Shown: positions 50,168 to 58,797 of the stretch, in pieces
How positions within the stretch are numbered: the stretch's first letter is position 1
How the letters are laid out: every line of letters starts with the position of its first letter
Assembly: GCA_035285545.1 (NCBI GenBank)
Contig: JAYKGY010000035.1
Location: 1-58,797 of the forward strand
Reading direction: 5' to 3'
Length of the DNA stretch: 58,797 bases
Source: Snowella sp.
Lineage (GTDB): Bacteria; Cyanobacteriota; Cyanobacteriia; Cyanobacteriales; Microcystaceae
Made by a program: the position numbers and the translations under genes
Notes under the pieces: model-generated
Database searches by the model: none
What the model was told of the DNA's origin: nothing
What the model saw: only the letters and a program-made list of their open reading frames with translations

Positions 50168-51078
50168 CTAAATGGAAATGAATAAACGTCCGTAGCGGCT
50201 CGATGTAATAAAGAATGCCGATAAACTAAACTGGCCATATCTTCTGCATAGCCTCCCCCAATCACACAGGCGACAGGATAACCTTCCGCTAAACAGGTAC
50301 TTAACACCTGTCGTTCCCGTCGATAGAGTCCTTCATCCGTTAAGGCTAATTTGCCTAAGCGATCGCCGACATGAACATCAACCCCCGCATCATACAGGAC
50401 TAAATCGGGTTTCACTTGGCTCAGTAAGTCGGGTAAATAATTGGCTAAAATTTGTAAATAACCATCATCATCTAAGCCTTCGGGCAACGGTACATCCAGA
50501 TCGCTAACTTGTTTACGGCCTGGAAAATTGCTGTCACAATGCATCGAAAAGGTAAAAACACTGGGATCATTTTGAAAAATCCACGCGGTTCCATCGCCCT
50601 GATGCACATCCAAATCCACAATCAAAATTTGTTTAACTAAGCCTTCTTTTTGTAAAACCCTAGACGCGATCGCCAAATCATTAAAAATACAAAACCCCGA
50701 ACCGTAATTAGGAAAAGCATGGTGGGTTCCGCCGGCGGTATTGCAAGCTAAACCATGTTGCAGAGCCAATTTCGCCGTTAAAATCGTTCCCCCCACAGCA
50801 GTGCAGGTGCGCCGAACTAATTCGGGACTCCAGGGTAAACCGATACGACGTTGGGCTTTGGGGTCAAGGTTTCCCAGGCAATAATCGTCGATATACGGGC
50901 GAGTATGCACCAGTTCAATGAGGGATAAATCGGGTAATTCAGGTTGATAATAATTATTTTCGGTTAAAATCCCATCAGCTAACAGCAACTCATACAATTG
51001 CTGAAACTTAATCATGGGGAAACGATGTCCCTCTGGCAGTGGCGCGACGTAATGGGAATGGTAAACGATAGGAACCAT
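50164..51078 (-). CDS. Histone deacetylase-family protein
   Basis: HRFPM.KF, GGTHHA, GFCIFND, DLDVHQGDG, AGVD, GGGY. Confidence 0.94.
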   Translation of the reverse strand: MVPIVYHSHYVAPLPEGHRFPMIKFQQLYELLLADGILTENNYYQPELPDLSLIELVHTRPYIDDYCLGNLDPKAQRRIGLPWSPELVRRTCTAVGGTILTAKLALQHGLACNTAGGTHHAFPNYGSGFCIFNDLAIASRVLQKEGLVKQILIVDLDVHQGDGTAWIFQNDPSVFTFSMHCDSNFPGRKQVSDLDVPLPEGLDDDGYLQILANYLPDLLSQVKPDLVLYDAGVDVHVGDRLGKLALTDEGLYRRERQVLSTCLAEGYPVACVIGGGYAEDMASLVYRHSLLHRAATDVYSFPFS

Positions 51079-51079
51079 A

Positions 51080-51505
51080 TTACGGCAACTTACGAGCAAG
51101 GAAACTACCGATTTCTACGCCAATAACTCCCAATACCAGGCTTCCTAACCCATAAAATAGCATCATAGCTTGTCGATTTGTTTTTAACATGAGATCCATA
51201 TCCAGCGCATAGGTAGAAAACGTCGTATAGGAACCGAGAAACCCCACCGCTAAAGCTAACCGCAAATCAGGAGAAATTAGCGATCGCTCCAATGCTAAGG
51301 TAACCAGAAACCCCATCAACAGGGAGCCTGTGATATTAACCACAAAAGTACCATAGGGAAAGCTCTCCCCCCATAAGCGTAGGCATAACAAACCCAGGTA
51401 ATAACGACTTAACGCCCCTGGAATTGCCCCCAACGCGATCGCTAACGGTGCGCGGAGGTTCGGGTCAAGGGAAGTGAATAATGCGAAAGTTTTGCCAAAG
51501 AACAC
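51080..51505 (-). CDS. crcB: Fluoride channel Fluc/CrcB
   Basis: GALSRY, FPYGTFVVNITGS, GFLGSYTTFSTY. Confidence 0.95.
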   Translation of the reverse strand: MFFGKTFALFTSLDPNLRAPLAIALGAIPGALSRYYLGLLCLRLWGESFPYGTFVVNITGSLLMGFLVTLALERSLISPDLRLALAVGFLGSYTTFSTYALDMDLMLKTNRQAMMLFYGLGSLVLGVIGVEIGSFLARKLP

Positions 51506-51507
51506 GA

Positions 51508-52389
51508 TTAATCAGCCAGATGGGATTGATAACTTTGTACCGTATTCTGCAACAACATAGCGACGGTCATCGGCCCAATGCCCCCTGGAACAGGCGTAAT
51601 ATAACTGGCAATGGGTGCAACGGCTGCAAAATCCACATCTCCCACTAAACGGGCGTTTCCTGAACTATCTTCTACCCGATTAATTCCCACATCAATCACC
51701 ACTGCGCCAGGTTTCACCATGTTAGCTTTGATTAATTCTGGTTGACCAACGGCTCCGACGACAATATCGGCTTGGCGAGTCAGTTCGGCTAAATTTTGCG
51801 TCCGAGAGTGGGCGATAGTAACGGTTGCATTTTTTTCCAATAGCATCAGAGCCAGGGGTTTTCCCACTAAAATACTGCGACCAATAACAATGGCCTGTTT
51901 TCCTGCTACCTCAATGTTGTACTCCTCCAGCAAACGCATTACGCCTGCGGGAGTACAACTGCGTAAACCAGCTTCTCCTCGGACTAAATGACCTAAATTA
52001 ACGGGATGCAAGCCATCAGCATCTTTTTCAGGGGCAATCGTATGTAATAGGGCAACGGAATCGAGATGGGGCGGTAAAGGCAATTGGACTAAAATCCCGT
52101 CTACATTGGGATCTTGGTTTAATGCTTCAATCGCGGCAGTTAATTCTTCTTGAGTTGTATTGGCAGGGAAATGTTTCCCAAAGGAACGCATCCCAATTTT
52201 TTCGCAGGCTTTTTCCTTATTACGAACATAAACCGCACTGGCAGGGTTATCCCCGACCATTAACACCGCTAATCCGGGCGATCGCCCTATACGGGGAAGC
52301 AATGTTTCAATTTCTGTTTTTAAATTTTGTTGAATCTTTTGTGCAAGGGCTTTCCCGTCTAAAATTTGGCTAGAGTGAGCAGGTGACAT
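51508..52389 (-). CDS. folD: Methylene-THF dehydrogenase/cyclohydrolase
   Basis: [41 protein letters not shown]. Confidence 0.97.
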   Translation of the reverse strand: MSPAHSSQILDGKALAQKIQQNLKTEIETLLPRIGRSPGLAVLMVGDNPASAVYVRNKEKACEKIGMRSFGKHFPANTTQEELTAAIEALNQDPNVDGILVQLPLPPHLDSVALLHTIAPEKDADGLHPVNLGHLVRGEAGLRSCTPAGVMRLLEEYNIEVAGKQAIVIGRSILVGKPLALMLLEKNATVTIAHSRTQNLAELTRQADIVVGAVGQPELIKANMVKPGAVVIDVGINRVEDSSGNARLVGDVDFAAVAPIASYITPVPGGIGPMTVAMLLQNTVQSYQSHLAD

Positions 52390-52492
52390 GATAATCAAAA
52401 AAATCAAAAAGTTTAAAAATTCAAAGAATGAAGAGACGCAATGACAAATCTATGGTTAAGATAACCTATTGGGGAAATCTTTGGGTTGAAGT

Positions 52493-53248
52493 ATGACATT
52501 TCTCAATATTCAAAAATGCCGTCAGACCATCTTACCGTTATTAATTAGCGGTTTAATCATTAGTTGTAGTCCTTTAAATCCATTAGGCTTAGCCTCCCAG
52601 GAATACACCGCGATCACGGAACTGAATAAAATTGCCCATAAAAGTCCCATTCAGGTGAAAGGTGTCGTGGTCAATATTGCTCCGTTTTTAGAAGGAGGAG
52701 CCTATCAACTACAAGATGCAACAGGCTCGGTATGGGTAAAAACCGATAAACCTTTGCCCCCAAAAGGCGTTTCTTTATCGGTTAAAGGGGAACTGCAATA
52801 TGAGGGGATTGCCGTCGGTCAGCAACAGTTAGGGGAAACCTATATTTTAGAAATCAGCCAGGAACCTCAATCCTCCGTGGTGACCAGAGAAAGCGTTACC
52901 CCCGAAAAGCCCCCTCAACCCACTGTTCTTTCTTCGCCTAGCGAAGCCAGCAACCTTCCTCTCCCCTCTCCAACACCAACAATTGCCCCCTCTTCTGTAA
53001 CCTCTGTCACCCCTTCCTTACCAGAAGCAACCTCCGCTGTTCCTACTCCCGCTCCTTCAGTCACTCCAATTGCCGATCCTCCTGTTTCCGCCCAGCCCTT
53101 AACGGTTAACCCAACGGAACCGAAGCAGACAGCCATTCCCGTTACCGCTCCTGATGACAAACCCAAAACGAGTCAGCCAAAAGTACAACCACCTGCTAAA
53201 CTGAACCTCGATGATCGATTCCTCCCCCACAAGTCTTTATCCAAATGA
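52493..53248 (+). CDS. Putative lipoprotein with OB-fold and Pro/Thr/Ser-rich tail
   Basis: Lipobox-like IISC, YQLQDATGSVWV, low-complexity C-terminal half. Confidence 0.7.
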   Translation: MTFLNIQKCRQTILPLLISGLIISCSPLNPLGLASQEYTAITELNKIAHKSPIQVKGVVVNIAPFLEGGAYQLQDATGSVWVKTDKPLPPKGVSLSVKGELQYEGIAVGQQQLGETYILEISQEPQSSVVTRESVTPEKPPQPTVLSSPSEASNLPLPSPTPTIAPSSVTSVTPSLPEATSAVPTPAPSVTPIADPPVSAQPLTVNPTEPKQTAIPVTAPDDKPKTSQPKVQPPAKLNLDDRFLPHKSLSK

Positions 53249-53675
53249 CGGGCTGCCGACGGTTGCCTTAGCAATTCTCTATCGAGACGACCGATTTTTG
53301 TTACAACTTCGAGACAATATTCCCTCGATTTTGTATCCAGGATATTGGGGGTTATTTGGTGGACATATTGAACCCGGAGAAACGCCTGAAGTCGCGGTAA
53401 AGCGAGAAATCTGGGAAGAAATCACCTATGAGTTAACGGGGTTCCAATTTTTTGATATTTATACCGACCAATTCGCCATTCGTCATGTTTTTTACGCCCC
53501 GCTAACGGTTCCCTTAGACCAATTAATTCTCCACGAAGGATGGGATTTTGGGTTAATAACGGCGGAAGAAATCCAGCAGGGACAGATTTATTCAGAAAAA
53601 GCACAGCAACTTCGCCCCTTAGGAAAAATTCATCAAAAAATTTTGGGCGATTTTCTCAATGCTGAATTACATTAG
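53211..53675 (+). CDS. NUDIX hydrolase
   Basis: GGHIEPGETPEVAVKREIWEE; start uncertain. Confidence 0.92.
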   Translation: MIDSSPTSLYPNDGLPTVALAILYRDDRFLLQLRDNIPSILYPGYWGLFGGHIEPGETPEVAVKREIWEEITYELTGFQFFDIYTDQFAIRHVFYAPLTVPLDQLILHEGWDFGLITAEEIQQGQIYSEKAQQLRPLGKIHQKILGDFLNAELH

Positions 53676-53836
53676 TAACAGGCTCATAAATAAGGAACTC
53701 TAAAATTTCCGTTTAGTCTTCCCTCTTAGGTTCCATATTGCTGCCTTGATCCTGACCGTTACGCTTCCTCCTCGATCCTCGTTTAACGAGAAAAATCCCC
53801 TCCTATCCACTCATCTCGTTTTTGTATAGGCTGCCC

Positions 53837-55234
53837 ATGACTCAGCATCTCCGTTTTGCTCCTTTTTTGCCCAAATTAATTGCTCAGGCCGTTTTACTTT
53901 CCTTCAGTTTGGGAACCCTTGTTTCCCCTGCGTTAAGTGCCCAAGCAACTTCTGACCCAGAAATCCCGCCTAAATCAACGACAGTCTCCAATGAATCCCT
54001 AGAAGATAGCCCTAAGGCCATTGTTGATGAAATTTGGCAAATTATTAATAATGAGTTTGTTAATAAGAACTTTAACCATGTCAATTGGCAGGCAAAACGG
54101 CAGGAATTATTAAGTAAGAATTACCGCGATCGCAAACAGGCTTACAAAGAAATTGCAAAATTATTGAAGGAATTGGGTGATCCCTATACTCGTTTTCTTG
54201 AACCGGATGATTTCCAGCAGTTAACTAATCAAACGGCGGGGGAAATGTCGGGAGTCGGATTGCGAATGACGTTGGATAAGCGCACGAATGATCTCTATGT
54301 GGTAGAACCTATTAAGAATTCTCCTGCAATGAAGGCGGGCATTCAAATCGGCGATCGCATTATTAAAATCAATGGCAAACCGACGGCTTTAATGAATTTG
54401 GAACAGGCCAGCCAAGAAATTCAAGGCGCGATCGGAACGGATGTCAATCTCGAACTTTTTCGTAAAGGGAAAGGGGCGTTCAATGTTACCTTGACACGGG
54501 CGCAAATTGAAATTGATTCGGTGACCTATGCGGTCAAAGAAAATAACAATACGCGGGTCGGTTATATCCGGTTAGATGAGTTTAGCTCCCATGCGGCCGA
54601 ACAAATGAAAGCGGCGATCGAAGAGTTGGATAAAAAAGAAATTTCAGGCTATGTTTTGGACTTACGCGGCAATCCTGGCGGTTTACTCTTTGCCAGTGTG
54701 GATATTGCTCGGATGTGGCTCAAACAAGGAGAAATTGTTAGCACGATTGATCGTAAAGGCGGCGATCGTCACTTCACTGCCAACGGGACAGCGATTACTA
54801 ACTTACCCCTCGTGATTTTGGTGGATAATGGTTCTGCTAGTGCCAGCGAGATCCTAACCGGAGCCTTAAAGGAAAACGGACGGGCTACCATCGTCGGAAC
54901 TCGAACCTACGGTAAAGGAACTGTGCAATCCGTTCATTCGCTCTCGGATGGATCGGGTTTAGCTGTCACGATCGCGCGGTATTATCCTCCCAGTGGCACC
55001 GATATTAACCATAAAGGCATCAATCCTGATATTTACCTAGACTTATCCCTTGATCAGCAATTACGCCTGCGGAATGACCCTTCTCTCGTTGCCACCGACC
55101 TCGATCCCCACTTCCTCCAAGCTGTATCGGTTTTAAAAAGCCGTGCGACCAATCTCAGTAAACCCATTACCCCTTCTAAGCCAGTGGGAATGACTTTACA
55201 AAATTCTAAGCTGGTATCCGGCTCCGATTTCTAA
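53837..55234 (+). CDS. S41 carboxyl-terminal processing protease (CtpA/CtpB family)
   Basis: PDZ domain, DLRGNPGG, SASASEIL, TYGKG.VQ. Confidence 0.94.
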   Translation: MTQHLRFAPFLPKLIAQAVLLSFSLGTLVSPALSAQATSDPEIPPKSTTVSNESLEDSPKAIVDEIWQIINNEFVNKNFNHVNWQAKRQELLSKNYRDRKQAYKEIAKLLKELGDPYTRFLEPDDFQQLTNQTAGEMSGVGLRMTLDKRTNDLYVVEPIKNSPAMKAGIQIGDRIIKINGKPTALMNLEQASQEIQGAIGTDVNLELFRKGKGAFNVTLTRAQIEIDSVTYAVKENNNTRVGYIRLDEFSSHAAEQMKAAIEELDKKEISGYVLDLRGNPGGLLFASVDIARMWLKQGEIVSTIDRKGGDRHFTANGTAITNLPLVILVDNGSASASEILTGALKENGRATIVGTRTYGKGTVQSVHSLSDGSGLAVTIARYYPPSGTDINHKGINPDIYLDLSLDQQLRLRNDPSLVATDLDPHFLQAVSVLKSRATNLSKPITPSKPVGMTLQNSKLVSGSDF

Positions 55235-55508
55235 AAATCTGTGACATTTATTCTTGCTTTATCGTCATTAGCAAGATTCATAAATTTTGGTTAGGAATGC
55301 TTGATTTTATTTCTAACCATTATTTTTGGGTTGAGTTGGGTTTAGAAGGTGGATTTTAATCCAGTAAATTCGCGATCGCTGTACAAGCAACGAATTTTAA
55401 CCGAGGGCTTGTTCCATTAATGGATAGGGATTTCTTAGTTTTTTTCATTTTCTAGGAAACCCCTTCTCTAATTCCTTTTCAAAACTTTTGGTCTGTACTT
55501 AGATAAGC

Positions 55509-56582
55509 CTAGTTAGCGGATTCCAAACCAAAGACTCGATTAAACACTTTTTCAACCTTATAACCGGAATCGATGGATTCTAGGGGATCTTTGCGTAAAC
55601 GATGACGTAAACAGAGGACAATCACCCGTTTGATATCATCTACCGTCACTTCCGTCCGTCCTTCAAAGGCGGTTAATGCTTTAGCGGCTCGGTTGGTGAC
55701 AATATCACCCCGCAATCCGTCCACGTCTAGCTCAGCACAGACCTCAGAAATTTTTACCCGCAAATCATAATCAATGGTGACTTTGGATAATAACTCTTGA
55801 GATTGAATAATTTTGGACTGTAGCTCATCCTGTTGAGATTGGTAGGTATCACAGAAAGGCAGAGGATTTTGGTCAAATTCCGATCTTTGTTCTACGATCT
55901 TTACCCGTAACGCCGGTTCTCTAACGGTACGAATTTCTGCGTGCATCCCAAAACGGTCTAACAGTTGAGGACGTAATTCGCCTTCTTCGGGGTTACCTGA
56001 ACCCACCAACACAAACCGAGCCGGATGACGAATAGAAATGCCTTCCCGCTCGACCGTATTCCAACCACCCGCCGCAGAGTCAAGCAATACGTCAACGAGG
56101 TGATCATCGAGCAAGTTAACCTCATCCACGTAGAGAATGCCGCGATTGGCTTTGGCTAACAGTCCAGGTTCAAAGGCTTTTACCCCTTCTGACAAAGCTT
56201 TTTCAATATCAATGGTTCCACAAACGCGGTCTTCCGTTGCCCCCAGAGGTAAGTCCACCATGGTCACTTTTTTCTTAACCACATTGAGGGGAGCTTGGTT
56301 TTCCACTTGTTGACGAACTTGATCGCTCATTAACTCTGGATCAGAGGGGGATGAGTTAAAGGGATCATTGGCAACAACCTCAATTTCAGGAAGTAAGTCA
56401 GCTAAAGCGCGGATAGTGGTCGATTTGCCTGTTCCGCGATCGCCCATAATCATTACCCCACCAATTTTTGGATCAATGACATTCAACAGCAGAGCCAACT
56501 TCATTTCTTCTTGGCCAACGATCGCTGTAAACGGAAAAACAACGCGGCGAGTTTTGGGTGGAGCAGACAGGGTTGCAGTCAT
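55509..56582 (-). CDS. chlI: Magnesium chelatase subunit I
   Basis: [47 protein letters not shown]. Confidence 0.98.
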   Translation of the reverse strand: MTATLSAPPKTRRVVFPFTAIVGQEEMKLALLLNVIDPKIGGVMIMGDRGTGKSTTIRALADLLPEIEVVANDPFNSSPSDPELMSDQVRQQVENQAPLNVVKKKVTMVDLPLGATEDRVCGTIDIEKALSEGVKAFEPGLLAKANRGILYVDEVNLLDDHLVDVLLDSAAGGWNTVEREGISIRHPARFVLVGSGNPEEGELRPQLLDRFGMHAEIRTVREPALRVKIVEQRSEFDQNPLPFCDTYQSQQDELQSKIIQSQELLSKVTIDYDLRVKISEVCAELDVDGLRGDIVTNRAAKALTAFEGRTEVTVDDIKRVIVLCLRHRLRKDPLESIDSGYKVEKVFNRVFGLESAN

Positions 56583-57080
56583 CTGAGTTCTTAATTGTTA
56601 TCGGATTTTCTTTAAAGGATTAGGTCTTTAAGTTTTGTAAACCCAAGACTTAAGATTTTTTTACCTTTCCCATTTTGCCACACCCTTGACAGTCACCCAA
56701 GGGGCATAAGCCGCGATCGCCGAAATTAGACATCTTGCAGAAGTCAAGAAACGAGTCAAAGCTCGAAATTGATGATACCGGCTAAGAGAAATCAGCGTAG
56801 TCCAAATCTCCGTCTACGATGGCGATAATCTCCCAAAAAGATACGAAAACGCTTAAGTCTGCGAATCCCATGCTCTAGACTGATTTGTTCCTGACTATTG
56901 TTTCAATGATCGCATTTTTCTATCCTCTTCCTCCCTCCCTTACTCCTCTTCAAATTTAGAATTGCGGTTCCCTCGGTCGGTCTGGTAATTTTTTTCGCGT
57001 TCAGTGGGCTGATAGCATGAAATTAGAGTTAAATAGAGTTAAATAAACAGTTTTGTGTATTCACTATCAAACCTCAACCT

Positions 57081-57368
57081 ATGGCTGATCCCATTACTCC
57101 TGCAATTAGCGATCGCATTTGTAAGCACATGAACGAAGACCACGCTGACGCGATCGCGCTTTATGCCAAAGTTTACGGCGATCGACCCGATACCGAATCA
57201 GCCCAAATGGTTTCCATTGATCCCCAGGGCATGAATTTATCCATTCAAGTACAAGCGCAAACCGAACCCCTCCGCATCGAATTTGATCATGTCCTGGCTG
57301 ATTCGGAAGATGCCCACCAAACCTTAATTACAATGGTGAGACAAGCCAGAATTAATCAAGTAAGCTAA
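57081..57368 (+). CDS. DUF2470 domain protein
   Basis: RICKHMNEDHAD, IDPQGM, RIEFDH. Confidence 0.9.
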   Translation: MADPITPAISDRICKHMNEDHADAIALYAKVYGDRPDTESAQMVSIDPQGMNLSIQVQAQTEPLRIEFDHVLADSEDAHQTLITMVRQARINQVS

Positions 57369-57466
57369 TATATAACATTTTGTCAAAACTCATCATAAAC
57401 TTATAAGTAAAAATGGGCATTTTTTTATTTTCATAAACCATATTTTGGCCTTCAATTTCAAGAATT

Positions 57467-58222
57467 ATGCTGAACAGTTCTCTTAACTTATTAGTCGAAG
57501 GCTCTGCCGCTGAAGAGCAATTAATTTCTTGGATTTTTGATGCAGCAAAAATACCTTCTAATCGCATTAACATCATACCGATGAGAGGGCGAAAAAACAT
57601 TATTAAATTCGTCAATAATCTTGATCAAAACTTTTCGCAAAATTATGCTGCATTAGTAGACTTTGATCCAAATAAAACTCGTGATTTGATTGCTCAATCA
57701 AATATTGAAAATAAAATTCATTTATTTTATGCAATTCCTGACATGACTGCTTGGATGTTTGCAGACAAAGAAACAGCCATTAATTATGCAAAAACAGATT
57801 GGGAACGCAAATTGATTGCAACTCTACCAGCACCTGAAGAAATATTAGGAAGTAAAAGATTTGTGAAAACAATATTTGGTGAAAAATATACTCAATGGGA
57901 TTTTTTAAAATCAATTAATATTGACAAAGCAATGAAGTCAACCCAGTCCTTGAAAAATTTTATTGAAGGAATCAATCAGCTTTTACTCAAAAAAGAAGAG
58001 ACTGCTTCTAATATGAACTTAAAAGTTTTTGCTGGATTAGTCAATGAAGTCGTTCCAGCAGACACGATCCTTTGGAAAACTTCTCAGGGGCAAGTTTTAA
58101 CTGCTGAGCAAATTTCTCATGAAATTGAATCAGGCTCAGAAATAGGACTTCAATATGCTTCTGATGTTTTAAGGATATCACGGGATTTTCTTAAAAGTAT
58201 GGCTAAAAGGAGAGAGCGTTAA
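57467..58222 (+). CDS. Hypothetical protein with TOPRIM-like (DUF4276/DUF3226-like) N-terminal domain
   Basis: LLVEGS..EE, VDFD, AW.FAD pattern; low GC. Confidence 0.55.
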   Translation: MLNSSLNLLVEGSAAEEQLISWIFDAAKIPSNRINIIPMRGRKNIIKFVNNLDQNFSQNYAALVDFDPNKTRDLIAQSNIENKIHLFYAIPDMTAWMFADKETAINYAKTDWERKLIATLPAPEEILGSKRFVKTIFGEKYTQWDFLKSINIDKAMKSTQSLKNFIEGINQLLLKKEETASNMNLKVFAGLVNEVVPADTILWKTSQGQVLTAEQISHEIESGSEIGLQYASDVLRISRDFLKSMAKRRER

Positions 58223-58686
58223 TGATTGTCTTTGTGCCTGCTTACGATGAAGCAACCCAATCAAATTTGAACCTTGCTAAACAAATCTACTTTCCTGCTG
58301 ATTTTGTTCTTTTATTTGGAGAACAAGCAACCAGGGAAAATTTATTAATATGCCTAACTGAATCTATGGCACCTCTTTTTGCAATGTCGCATGGGCAAAA
58401 AGATATTCTTCATTCTCAAGATAGTAATATTGCTTTATCAATAAAAGATAGTGTTTTTTTTGGCCAGCGTAGTGCTTATGTTTTTGCTTGCCATACGGCA
58501 GTCAGTTTAGGTCAAGAAGTTTCTCAAAAAAGAGGAATTTGGTGGGGATATTCAGATTCGGTTATGTGTTATATTGATGAACCTTCTTCATGCAAATTAT
58601 TTGTTGACATTTTTAAAGTAATTTATGAAAACTTTGCTCACGCTAAAACTCAAGAAGAAGTTCAAAAATTAGGTTCTTCTGAATAA
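58222..58686 (+). CDS. Hypothetical protein with caspase/CHAT/gingipain-like His-Cys motifs
   Basis: GEQATRENL, FAMSHG, VFACHT, WGY; translationally coupled (TAATG) to the upstream gene. Confidence 0.55.
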   Translation: MIVFVPAYDEATQSNLNLAKQIYFPADFVLLFGEQATRENLLICLTESMAPLFAMSHGQKDILHSQDSNIALSIKDSVFFGQRSAYVFACHTAVSLGQEVSQKRGIWWGYSDSVMCYIDEPSSCKLFVDIFKVIYENFAHAKTQEEVQKLGSSE

Positions 58687-58797
58687 AGAGTGATAAGTAA
58701 AACTCATAATGAAAAGCAAGCTAAAAAGCGACGACGCATATTTTCAAAGTTAAGAAACCCATAAGCCTGACGCTTAATCAGTTTGAGACGATTGTTG

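Noticed and set aside
52915..53166. Gly/Val-rich antisense ORF and the other short nested ORFs in the track
   Set aside because: Antisense or alternate-frame shadows of well-supported genes
56782..56871. 29-aa minus-strand ORF starting MGFADLS
   Set aside because: Resemblance to a small cyanobacterial protein is limited to 7 residues; no other support
1..58797. HIP1 abundance as a novel repeat; tRNA/rRNA genes
   Set aside because: HIP1 is a well-known cyanobacterial feature and was used only as a marker; no tRNA or rRNA was recognised by eye

Overview
Chromosomal segment of a unicellular cyanobacterium, inferred from very frequent HIP1 octamers GCGATCGC, chlI, sepF-proC, a PerR/FurC-type regulator and a Yfr2 RNA. 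Most of it is housekeeping: ribBA 3' part, pepP, tyrS, sat, malic enzyme, glucokinase, rpmG-rpsR, folD-crcB, a C-terminal protease, chlI and two photolyase/cryptochrome genes. Several HIP1-poor accessory inserts interrupt it. (1) 11.2-15.0 kb, between pepP and tyrS, is a cassette-like array of toxin-antitoxin and nuclease modules (HicAB, DUF559 nuclease, BrnTA, MazF plus an unannotated partner, a decayed HNH pair). The modules are separated by a recurrent ~100-bp HIP1-anchored intergenic repeat, a diverged copy of the pepP 3' end and an attC-like hairpin. This is the best candidate for an undescribed gene-capture system. (2) A C-protein-regulated putative type II R-M module has readable operators and is bracketed by GTTATGCC/GGCATAAC. 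(3) A TnpB-only IS200/IS605 element retains both ends. (4) A TOPRIM-like plus caspase-fold gene pair sits at the right edge. Also notable are a tyrosine recombinase with substituted catalytic residues, a MerR remnant broken at a HIP1 site, and an orphan TRAFAC GTPase. All calls come from motif recognition by eye; no searches were run.
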